A stretch of DNA of 64,000 nt, taken from Podarcis tiliguerta. Taxonomy: Eukaryota. Both the position numbers and the translations under genes were made by a program. Of this stretch, positions 21,800 to 32,190 are shown piece by piece (the first letter of the stretch is position 1; the number at the start of each line of letters is the position of its first letter). The notes under the pieces are model-generated. The model did not search any database. It had not been told where the DNA came from and saw only the letters and a list, made by a program, of their open reading frames with translations. Where the stretch lies: assembly GCA_965153285.1 (NCBI GenBank), contig OZ229125.1; one strand, given 5' to 3'.

Positions 21800-22710
21800 G
21801 GGGGTACCTAAGGCGCATGCTCAGATATGTTCTCGCCCGCCCTCTGCCGGTGGCTCGGGAGGGCAGCAGTGGCGCCTAACGCGCATGCTCAGGCCTTTCT
21901 TTCGCCGCCCCCTCTCTAGTCTCAGGGTCTTAGCTAGAGGAGGGTGTCCACACTAACGCCTCATTTCTTTATATTTCTTATCGCGCTTTTCTGCGTGAAC
22001 AAGAATATACAGCATATCTTTTTTTTAAAGCGCATAGCGAGTCCAGAGTTAGAGCTGCGGCTCCCGCGGTGAATAACTGGGTCATAGCCTACGCAGGCGA
22101 ACGTCACGGGCAGCCCCTACCCCCCCCCGCCGGGCTGGCGCTTTGTGCAATGGCGTTTTCTGCGCGGCTGTCATGGCTGCCATCTCGGCGAGGACCCTTC
22201 GGAGAGGCGCCATTTTAGAGTTCCTGAGGCGACCCGGAGCTTTCCCTGCCGCCGAGTTCGTAGCTGCCGCCTCCGCCGCCTCCTCCTCCTCCTCCTCCAT
22301 CGCCCTTCTCTCGGCTCGCCCGCGGCGATGAGCGTGGTAGACCATGTGCGGGAGATGGCGGCCGCCGGGCTCCACTCCAACGTGCGGCTCCTCAGCGGGC
22401 TTCTGCTCACCATGAGCGGCAACAACCCGTGAGTTGGTGGGCGGCCCGCGGAGGGAGGCGGCGGCGGCGGAACTGCAGCCCCAAAGGGCTCGTTTCCCTC
22501 GCGCTTCCCCGTCCTCGAACTCCCCCGACCGAGCGGCGCCATCCTGCTCCGCCTCGGCTCCCTCGCTTCCCCCGCCGTCACGACGCCCCTGCGAGGTTGG
22601 GCGAAAGCGCGCCTGGCCTGAGGCTTCGACCGGGAAGGGCCGGGGCCTCCTGCCCCTTTCACGGCAACCCTCGTCCCGAGCCCGGGACTCGGCTTTCTTT
22701 TGTAAACCGC
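21800..22710 (+). promoter_or_regulatory. ANAPC7 CpG-island promoter and first exon
   Basis: High GC and CpG; two NRF1-like GCGCATGCTC motifs (21813, 21881); YY1-like GCCATTTT (22209-22216). Confidence 0.85.
22328..22428 (+). CDS. ANAPC7: ANAPC7 exon 1 (coding part)
   Basis: MSVVDHVREMAAAGLHSNVRLLSGLLLTMSGNN; donor CC|gtgag. Confidence 0.95.
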
Positions 22711-25700
22711 CCTTCATCTGTAGATCTCAGGGCAGTTCGCCACATAAAAATACGAGATAAAATAAAAACACAAAATACATGACAAGAACAAGAACCAACC
22801 ACGTTGTTTTAACCCCTTTGCAGTTGCCCCCATTCTGTGCCTTATAGTTTCGCTTTCCCCCTTTCTTTTGTTATAATTGTTAACGATAGATGGTTGTTTG
22901 GCAATGGCATCCATCTGCCTGTGAGACAATGGAAGAGTTTGCCTTTGGGAGTGAAGTCAAATCCATAATAATAATAATGCAGCCAAGTGACGTAGGCTGG
23001 GGCTGTGCTGAGAGTGTGAGGTGGGGAACCTGTGGCTCCCCAAATGTCGACTGGGCCCCCAACTCCCACCATTTTGACTTAATGAAGTGAAGAAAAAGAG
23101 AGGAGGGAGCCTTGCAGCATCTTCATCACCCTTCTATTTGCATGCTGCCCTTCCCATAATTAAAACCGCGCTCAAGATTTACGTAACCTCAACAATATAA
23201 CAGAAAGTAGGCATGAGCAGTAAATTAAAACCATCTTGGTAAGTATGCAGCAAAATTTAAGCAGCCCCCACATAAGTCACAATGAGGTCTTTAATGATAA
23301 AGATGCACACACACACACACACACACATCAGTAACAGCAAAAAAGCACATCAGAAATTAAATTGCAATGTCTGGAGGGCCATAGGCTCTCTGGCCCTGGC
23401 CTGAGGTCACCCAGTGAGCAGGATGCCAAGCAGGGATTTGAACCCAGGTCTCGCTAGCCCTGGAGTCTGTAATGAATGACTGCAATCAGTGCCACATTTT
23501 TTGCAGGAAATACGACCTGCCTGCAGACACAGAGGAGAGTTAAGCTCCATCCTACTAACCCTGTTTACTTGGGAGTAAGCCCTATTGAATTCCACTGGGT
23601 TTACTTCTAGGTAGACACATTTAGGATCGCACTATTAAAAGAACTCCATAGAATCTTCATGGATGGTAGCTTTTTCATTTTTTCAGTTGTTTGACCCCAT
23701 TTTCCCTCCTCCATCTTTCTTTATAGTGTTTATCTATTTCATAAAAATTATACATTACGTCATTGTAAAAAACAAACCTCAGAGTGGTTTACGGAAGAAA
23801 AAACAGTAAAATCAACCAGACTTTAAAACATACAAAGGTTAAAATACTAAAGCAGATTAAAATTGCCGCAACTTTCTAAGCATCTGGGTAGGCTTGTCTA
23901 AACAGGAATGTTGTTAGCAGGTGCCGCAAAGCGAACAGTGATGGCGCCTTCTTGACTTTAATAGGCAGGGAGATCCAAAATGCTGGTGCTGCCACACTAA
24001 ATGACCAGAGTTAGAAGAACAGGTATTATGTGGCACCTGCAGTAGTGCCAATTCTAATACCCAATGACTGCTGATAATCCTTCACGCAGCTAATTAAGAG
24101 GACTACACTAAATCTGTTCAGGCTGCAGTTTGTTGCACACTTCCTAAACACAGTAGTAAATCCCAGTAAACATCCATAGGCCTGCGCTGCATGTATTTAA
24201 ACAGTTTTTGGGCATCTTTACATTAACTAAGCACAAATGAATGTATTCTCAAAAGATTAAGTTCATTTAATCAACCTGTTTAGAATTTAAGGTGCTACAA
24301 GACTTTTTGATTTTTGTTGAAATAACTGACATGCTTGCTACACCTACCCATACTGATTTAAAAGCCTAGAGGGCGCTGGTACTTTGGGTTAAGAATTAGA
24401 CCATCGAAAACATAATTTCCCTACCGTGGGTTATTGGTAGTTCCAATACATTTGAAGGCCTGTGGCGCATGTGAAATGGCAAGCTGTGCACTGCATGGTA
24501 TCTCAATGTACATGTGCTTCACCCTTCTCTCCTCTCACGGGTTTAAGTGCAAGAGACCTTGGAAATGAGTTGAACCCTATAGAATACTAGTATATTTAAA
24601 AAAGGCATCTTCAGCATCAGTGCACAAGACATCAACAGGGACAGTTGGCTCAGGGACACACACCTTTCCATTTATCTTCACAAGAATTCTGTAGAGTAGG
24701 TTAGGCTCAGAGAGTGGAGAGCGAGTGGCTGGCTTACCCATGGTCATCTTCACAGTAGACAGGCAGTCAGGTTGTGTATCCATAGCAGTGACCAGAGGAG
24801 AAATGACCGCTCAGAGGAGTGCAAAGACAAGAAACACCACGGTGCATTTGCAGCATCACAACTGAACGCCTTCATCTGCCCCAACTGCAACAAAACATGT
24901 GTATCCCACATCTGTCTCTACAGCCACAGCAGGCACTGCAACCTTCCAGCAGCTTGACCTCACCCCCAAAGGCTCAATCCTCCATTGTCTCCCAAGACAG
25001 ATGGATGCCAACCAAGCATGATAGCATTTATGTGATGCTTTATCAAAGCTCTTTATAGTTGTTATCTCAGTAAATCGTACAAAAGCTTTATAAGCACAGT
25101 GGTACTTTGGTTTAAGAACAGCTTACTTTATGAACAACTTGGATTAAGAACGCTGCAACCCCAGAAGTAGATGTTTTGGTTTGTGAACTTTGCCTTGGAA
25201 GCAGAACATGTTTCGCTTCCTGTTGAGTGTGTTCCATTTGTAAATTGAGTCCCCCACTGCTATGGGAAAGCATGCCTTGCTTTAAGAACGCTTTTGTTTA
25301 AGAATGGGACTCTGGAACGGATTAAGTTCGTAAACCAAGGTACCACAGTAGGTCCCTCCCTATTTGTAATACTAATAGTACTACTAATAAACTGCTTTGT
25401 TACCTTCAGATAAAGGGTGGTATAGAAATTTAATAAATAATAATAGTTGGAAGAGGTATCTTGAAATAATAGTTTGCTTAAGGTCACCTGGTAAGTTCAT
25501 AGTTTACAAATGGAATACACGAAACATGCTTAATGCTGTCATTGTAGGATAGCATTGCATAGTCAGAAAATGGAATGGACAGGTGGTTTCTGAATACTGA
25601 CTCGTTTCTGTTTATTGTTTTCACCTTTCAGTAGTTCAGGGATGTTTGCTCCAGGAATTTCCTCGTGTAGTCAGCTAACACTGGTTTGTCTTGTGTTTCT

Positions 25701-28700
25701 TACAGTGAGTTATTTTCTCCATCGCAGAAGTATCAGCTTCTTGTATATCACGCAGATTCTCTCTTCCATGACAAGGAATATAGAAATGCTGTCAGCAAGT
25801 ATACAATGGCTTTGCAGCAGAAGAAAGCACTGAGTAAAACTTCAAAAGTGAGACCCTCAACTGGGAATGCTGCATCTGCTCCTCAGAGCCAGGTGTTCAT
25901 AGCTTAAATTCTGATTATAGCTTGGTGCCTCAGTGCAAGAGTCTTGCATTCACTGTTTATTATACATGGCAAAAGATATGAATTCATTTATATCTGAAAA
26001 GTTTTTTCCTCCTTATGTGAGTTCTGGGAGAAATTAAATATATAATTGAATGTGATTTAACACTCGCCTTGAATAGACAGAATGGGGTGGCAGATACTTG
26101 GAAGCCTAAGAAAGATGTTATGGTCTTGTAGTTTTCCTTCATAAGTATGTGGAAAGTGTCCCAGCCTTGGAGTAAACTCCTGAAAAGTAAAGATTACCTC
26201 TGACAACCCCAAGCACCTTACAACACACAACTTGGTCTTTCCTAGATCTTGACTATCCTCTCCATATATCAGGGTGGGGAACTTGTGGCCCTCCAGATGT
26301 TATTGGAGCACTGTTGTATTTTGTATGTTGTCTTTTTAGTGCCTGCCTTCTGAAATTGAAGTGAAGTACAAAATGGCGGAGTGCTATACAATGCTGAAGC
26401 AAGACAAAGATGCTATTGCTATACTTGATGGAATCCCTTCAAGACAGAGAACCCCAAAGGTAGTACTTTCCTAGCTAAGTTATGCTGCTTGGGAGCCTTT
26501 GGCTGAGATATGGATACAATTTATAGGGTTGAAACCAGTGCTGTTTCTACTCAATAAATCCATTGACATCAATGGACCTAAGACAGCCATGTGCCTCAGT
26601 GGATCTACTCTCAGGAAAACTAGTACGGAATACAACCCATTCTTTGAACACCCTTTGGCTGACACAAATCCCCAGGTTTTTTTAATAAAGGTAAAAACTT
26701 GCCGTTAATAACTGCAAGCCCAGAGAGTTGTGCATCAACAGGTGGAATTAACAGATCCATAGTGGTGCAAAATGTTATGTCTTTATGTCAACATTAAAAC
26801 ATGATTGTTCTCATCATTGGATTTCTGTGGGTTGCAGATTAACATGATGCTGGCAAATTTGTACAAGAAGGCAGGTCAGGAACGCTCTTCTGTGACGAGT
26901 TACAAAGAAGTGCTGAGGCAGTGCCCACTAGCCCTTGATGCCATCCTAGGTAGCCACTTTTCTTCTGATCAATGATTATTGTTGAAAATTGTGATTGAGA
27001 CGTTGGCCTATCTGAACAGTCTTAGCATGGGCAGGTGAACAAAATATGAATTAGTGCAGTCCGCCATTGGCCTCATGAGTTACAACATTAAAGGGGTGCT
27101 TGTTATGACTGCATGTATTGTGTCTTAGAAGACGTAAGGGCTGGGAGAGGCAGTAACAATAGCATTGCAATGCTCTTTCTGATCTGAGGGAGGAGTGTGG
27201 TGCTAGAGATGGCAAGACAATTGGTGTGGATAAGTTCTACAAAATGCACCTGTCTGCAGGACTTGATCACTGTAGTCCAGCAGTAGGGAACCTGTGACTC
27301 TTCAGATGTTGTTGGTGTTCAGTTCTCATTGCTTACCAATGGCCATGTTGGCTGGGACTTATAGGAGTTGTAGTCCAGCACTGCTCAAAACTCCCATTGT
27401 TCTAGGTGCTTTTTGCCACATGGAATTTCATTAGCCCGAGCAGTTTCTGAGCTCTGGGCGCAGTACTGCACCTAAGATTTCAGATTAAAACTGCAGAGTG
27501 GAAGGAAAGAAAGACCTTTTTCTGCCTCCCCACTTCCAGCTACTCTCTGAAGACTGGAGAAGAGACCCTCTTAAGAATATTAGGGGGGTGGACAGGGGAA
27601 GGACTAGACCCTGTGAAAAATGAACATAATATTATAGCTGCAGTTCATTCATTTTTAGCTTTGTATTCTTGTTATTAAAAAAGCTTGCCTAGACTTTCCG
27701 TTGTTGCACCCATAGCCTGGGTTTAAGGTGCCATTTAGCTCCTGGCTTTCATATCTCAGTTTCTAACACTGATCCAGCAACATTTGGAGGATCACAGGTT
27801 CTCCAGTCTTTGGTCAATGATCTGCTGTTGTCGGTGCCTGAGCACTTAATTTCCTTGCAACTACCAAGAACATTATGTCAAAATGGTGGTCACAACAGCT
27901 GTTGCTTCTCATTTAGGCTTGCTGTCGCTCTCAGTGAAAGGTGCAGAAGTCGCTTCCATGACAATGAATGTAATCCAGAGTGTCCCAAACTTGGACTGGC
28001 TTTCAGTCTGGATCAAGGCATACGCATTTGTTCACACAGGTGATAATACCAGAGCAATCAACACCATCTGGTAAGAATCTAGAGCAAATGCAAACGAGCT
28101 TTCTCAAAGAACCTCTAGCCTGGTATCTTGTAAGATATACTACTTGGGTATTGAAGGCTATTTCCCCTTTGCAGCTAGACAGTTACAATGCTAAGTCTGA
28201 ATGCTCATGGAATTTAAATCCCACATACACGTGTCTTTTAAAACAGGGATAGGGAACCTGTGGTCAACTATTAGTCATGCTGTTGAAGGTGCCACAGCCG
28301 CTGCCCCCCATGCCCCCCCAAAGCCAGAGTTGCATGGCTTACCAGGTTGCACAGCTGCAGCAGCGGGGGCCCCCTCCCCTCCTACCATGGGCAAATAAGT
28401 CTATACCCCTTGGGCACCAAGCTGACCTAGAAACAAGTTGATTGTGGTTGCATTCTTAATGTTGTTAGAGGAGTGTGTGCAGTCCAGGTATTATTTGGAG
28501 ATGTTCCACTGTGAAAGAAAGCAAAGCGTACACCTTTCTCTTACTGACTTGATTTGTCTCATGCCCTTCCTTTTTATCCTCTTTGGGTGGAAGATGCTCT
28601 GATTCTAGATGTGCTGCAGTAGAGAAAGATAGATTGTGACATGTAGATATGTTTGCCTTAAGGAAATGAACCTTTCCCCATAAAATAGAATAAAAATGCT

Positions 28701-29993
28701 CCAAGAGGTTCCAATATATTGATCTTCTCTTTCAATTTGTTCTTCCCACAAAAGCTCGCTGGAGAAAAAGTCACTGCTGAGGGACAATGTGGATATACTA
28801 GGGAGCTTAGCTGATCTTTATTTCAGAGCGGGTGACAATAAGAACGCAATTCTAAAATTTGAACAGGCGCAAATGTTGGATCCTTATTTGATAAAAGGTA
28901 AGCCTCTAGAAAATAATGGAGAGCTTGTTAGAATAATTTGAATTCTGTATTCAACCTTTACAGTTCAATCCTATGCATGTTTATTCAGAAAAACATCCTA
29001 CTGAATTCCCATGTAGGTATTTGTAGTACTGCAACCTTAACTATATTTTTAACAGAGCAAAAAATTCTCACTAGTTTATTTTTTGTTGGTAAGATTGAAA
29101 GAAAAACTAGTACAAATGAGGCAAAGAGAGGGATTTTTTCCTTCTGTCCTTACACTTAACTAAAATCAGAAATGGAAAGATGTGAAGAGTCTTGTCCTCT
29201 AGTTTTCCTTGATCTTTTTACCTTTGTAGCTTTTGTGTGTGTGTGTCCAACTCCTTCATGCTTTGTCTTTAGGGATGGATGTCTATGGCTACTTGTTAGC
29301 CCGCGAGGGTCGCCTGGAGGATGTGGAGAATCTCGGCTGCCGGCTTTTCAATATTTCTGACCAGCATGCTGAGCCGTGGGTGGTGTCAGGGTAATGGGCT
29401 GCTTCTTGCTCCTGTTTGGCTTTTACGTTGAACTTTCTGAAGGCAGAATCTACCCTATTAATGAGGAGAGTCAGATGGTCTTGGGTTTATTGCTAATGGC
29501 TTAGTGTCGGGCGGCAAAATCTTGACTGACATGGAGTTGGTGAATTCACTGAAGTCTCTGGGAGTTTGACCAAAGCTTTGTGTAAGATGTCCTGGAGTCT
29601 CCCTGGCATACTATTGAAATGCCACTTTCAAAGCACATCTTGCTGTTCTTGAAATTCGAAGAGGTGTTGGATCCAAAAATATCCAAAGCCACTGTCTGAA
29701 ATAAAATTCTGCAGGGAGCAAAATAGCCTTTAATATATTTTATAACACTGCCTTCTCAGCAACACTGCTCAAGGCAGATTACAAAAACTACAAAACGTAC
29801 TTAAAATCTTCCCTTAATAAACACTTTGTTGTGGTGTCTAAAAGCTGGTTGTCTACAGTAGAAAATTATTAATGTGTTTCATTACTTTGGAGGTATCACT
29901 AAAAAGTAGGTCACATTTCAGAATGCTGAAGCTAAAATTACATTTCCTGATAGCAATAGGCATTTCCGCTTTCATTAGATAGAACACATTATT

Positions 29994-30040
<47 letters not shown>

Positions 30041-32190
30041 GTGTATATCCCCCCCCCCCATCATCAAAAGTAATTGAAATGGAAGGTTGTAGGAGTTGGG
30101 GGTGCTGTGGGTCTATAACAGAATAGCCCATCCTACTTTGGCAAGATGTTCTGCCCACACCCTTTAATAATACAATGACAATGCTGCCATGGCTGAAAAA
30201 CTCTCTGCTTGTCCTCTTGAGGTGGAACAGATTGAGCTTGATAACCACAATTCCCCCTTCTTTCTGCAGGTGTCATAGCTTCTACAGCAAGCGCTATTCC
30301 CGTGCCCTATATTTAGGAGCCAAAGCCATTCAGCTGAACAGCAATAGTGTGCAGGCTTTGCTGCTGAAAGGCGCTGCCCTTCGGAACATGGGGAGAGTGC
30401 AAGAGGCAATCATCCACTTCCGTGAAGCGATACGGCTTGCCCCTTGCAGGCTGGACTGCTATGAAGGCAAGTAAAAAGGACGGACTTCTCCAAACAGGAG
30501 TTGTTAGACCTGGTAGTGAAATGAAAGTTTCTATAGGCCCACATATGACTGTCACCACTAAGATGTCTTTCTGACATGCCAAGACCCCACCTTAAAGTCG
30601 TGACTATCAGCCTACTGTGCTAAATTCGGTGACCATTGTTTAGATGAGTGCTGGTTTTGAAAAAAAGCAAATATTCTCTCAAATATGACTTTTGTCTCTG
30701 ACCCTCAGGCCTCATTGAATGCTACTTAGCATCCAATGGTCTTCGTGAAGCCACGGTCATGGCTAACAATGTCTACAAAACCCTGGGAGCCAACGCACAG
30801 ACACTTACCCTCCTGGCAACTGTTTGTCTGGAAGATCCTGTTGCACAGGAGAAAGCAAAGACATTGCTGGACAAAGCACTGACCCAGCGCCCTGATTACA
30901 TCAAAGCAGTGGTAAAGAAGGCAGAACTTCTCAGTAAGTCTTTCCCCCTCCTCTTTTCTTGTGTGCTAGTCTTATTCAGCATGAATAGAGATGTATGCAG
31001 ATGCAACCCCCACCAAGTCTTGAAGATTGTGGAAGGCAGCAATTTTCACCCACATCTCTCCATACTATAGCCATAATCAGACTTACAGCACCCTCTCACT
31101 CCTGTTGTGAACAACCAGCTGAAAATGCCCATCTTGAATTACTCATTACATTTCGAGCTTTCCATTTTGGCAAGAAGTCATGTGAATTGGAGTTGCAGGG
31201 TTTTGTCGTTTTCTTTAAATTGATATTTTTTAACGTGTCTCTTTAAAATTCAAAGTGTTTGCAAATCCATAGGTGATTAGGTGGTTTAGAATAGGCATTC
31301 TTCCTTCTCTGTCACAGGTGAAGGGTGATGACGATGGCAACTTCTTGTATATGTCACAGGAAGACACAATCTCGGCATCCTCTGAAACAAACTGTTTCCT
31401 CCTCTGAAAACCTAACTGCAAAAAATGTGTATCTGAATGCATAATTGCAGAAATGGTTTTAGTTTGCTGGGTGCATAGACTTCTGTGTTTTTTCTTATTT
31501 TTATCTTGTTGTGCAAGATAAAAAAGCAAGATCAGCTTTTGGCTGTGAGGCAATCTATACTTCTGCAAATTAAAATAAAGCCTCATACAGTTAATCAGTT
31601 ACGATTTCTTTTTCGGGTGATAGCCTCAACATAAATAGCTTGAAATAACCCTTCTTATTGACAGGCCGAGAACAGAAATATGAAGATGGAATAGCTTTGC
31701 TGAGGAATGCCCTTGCCAACCAGAGTGATTGCATTCTCCATCGAATGTTAGGGGACTTCCTTGTGGCTGTTAATGAGTATCAGGAAGCCATGGACCAGTA
31801 CAGTATTGCTCTAAGGTAAGTTTCTGGAAAATCCTGTTGTGATGGCCATGAGTTGAAGGATGGTTGTAGGTGTTTTGTCTGTGGGGGGTTGCTGATAGAT
31901 GTCACTGAGCTGAAATGGAAATGTCATGAGCCAACCTGTCCTGTTCTTGCTGCTGCTCCCTGACTCCAGGATGTCTTTCTCTTACTTTCTGTTCCCCCAG
32001 TTTGGATCCCAATGATCAAAAGTCACTGGAGGGAATGCAGAAAATGGAAAAAGAGGAAAGCCCAACGGATGCCACCCAGGAGGAAGATGTGGATGACATG
32101 GAAGGGAGTGGAGAGGAAGGTGACCTGGAAGGCAGTGACAGTGAGGCAGCCCAGTGGGCGGATCAGGAACAGTGGTTTGGCATGCAGTGA
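22328..32190 (+). CDS. ANAPC7: Anaphase-promoting complex subunit 7 (TPR protein), complete, 565 aa
   Basis: 11 exons (22328-22428, 25706-25892, 26340-26459, 26838-26949, 27917-28070, 28755-28897, 29273-29390, 30270-30466, 30709-30933, 31665-31815, 32001-32190) total 1698 nt: MSVVDHVREMAAAGLHSNVRLL...EAAQWADQEQWFGMQ*. Confidence 0.98.
24755..25014 (+). mobile_element. RTE-clade LINE 3' end in ANAPC7 intron 1
   Basis: FICPNCNKTCVSHICLYSHSRHC resembles the RTE C-terminal C2HC motif; terminal TCCATTGTCTCCCAAGACAGATGGATGCCAAC. Confidence 0.7.
25097..25348. mobile_element. Tigger-like MITE
   Basis: CAGTGGTACTTTGGTTTAAGAAC ... GTTCGTAAACCAAGGTACCACAG|TA. Confidence 0.8.
25706..25892 (+). CDS. ANAPC7: ANAPC7 exon 2
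   Basis: ELFSPSQKYQLLVYHADSLFHDKEYRNAVSKY...APQSQ|gtgtt. Confidence 0.96.
26340..26459 (+). CDS. ANAPC7: ANAPC7 exon 3
   Basis: CLPSEIEVKYKMAECYTMLKQDKDAIAILDGIPSRQRTPK. Confidence 0.96.
26838..26949 (+). CDS. ANAPC7: ANAPC7 exon 4
   Basis: INMMLANLYKKAGQERSSVTSYKEVLRQCPLALDAIL. Confidence 0.96.
27917..28070 (+). CDS. ANAPC7: ANAPC7 exon 5
   Basis: LLSLSVKGAEVASMTMNVIQSVPNLDWLSVWIKAYAFVHTGDNTRAINTI. Confidence 0.96.
28755..28897 (+). CDS. ANAPC7: ANAPC7 exon 6
   Basis: aaaag|CTCGCTG; SLEKKSLLRDNVDILGSLADLYFRAGDNKNAILKFEQAQMLDPYLIK. Confidence 0.95.
29273..29390 (+). CDS. ANAPC7: ANAPC7 exon 7
   Basis: MDVYGYLLAREGRLEDVENLGCRLFNISDQHAEPWVVS. Confidence 0.96.
29996..30043. repeat. Compound (GT)n(GA)n microsatellite
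   Basis: Read directly. Confidence 0.95.
30270..30466 (+). CDS. ANAPC7: ANAPC7 exon 8 (GC donor)
   Basis: CHSFYSKRYSRALYLGAKAIQL...APCRLDCYE; donor GAAG|gcaagt. Confidence 0.95.
30709..30933 (+). CDS. ANAPC7: ANAPC7 exon 9
   Basis: LIECYLASNGLREATVMANNVYKTLGANAQTL...KAVVKKAELL. Confidence 0.96.
31665..31815 (+). CDS. ANAPC7: ANAPC7 exon 10
   Basis: REQKYEDGIALLRNALANQSDCILHRMLGDFLVAVNEYQEAMDQYSIAL. Confidence 0.96.
32001..32190 (+). CDS. ANAPC7: ANAPC7 exon 11 (coding part)
   Basis: LDPNDQKSLEGMQKMEKEESPTDATQEED...QWFGMQ*. Confidence 0.96.

Noticed and set aside
22082-22782. Several long ORFs (up to 211 aa) on both strands around ANAPC7 exon 1
   Set aside because: Stop-poor CpG-island sequence; low-complexity Ala/Arg/Pro/Gly products with no recognisable domain.
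24772-24957. Small zinc-finger-like ORF (CPNC...H...HC)
   Set aside because: Explained as the C-terminus of an RTE LINE ORF followed by the RTE 3' end.
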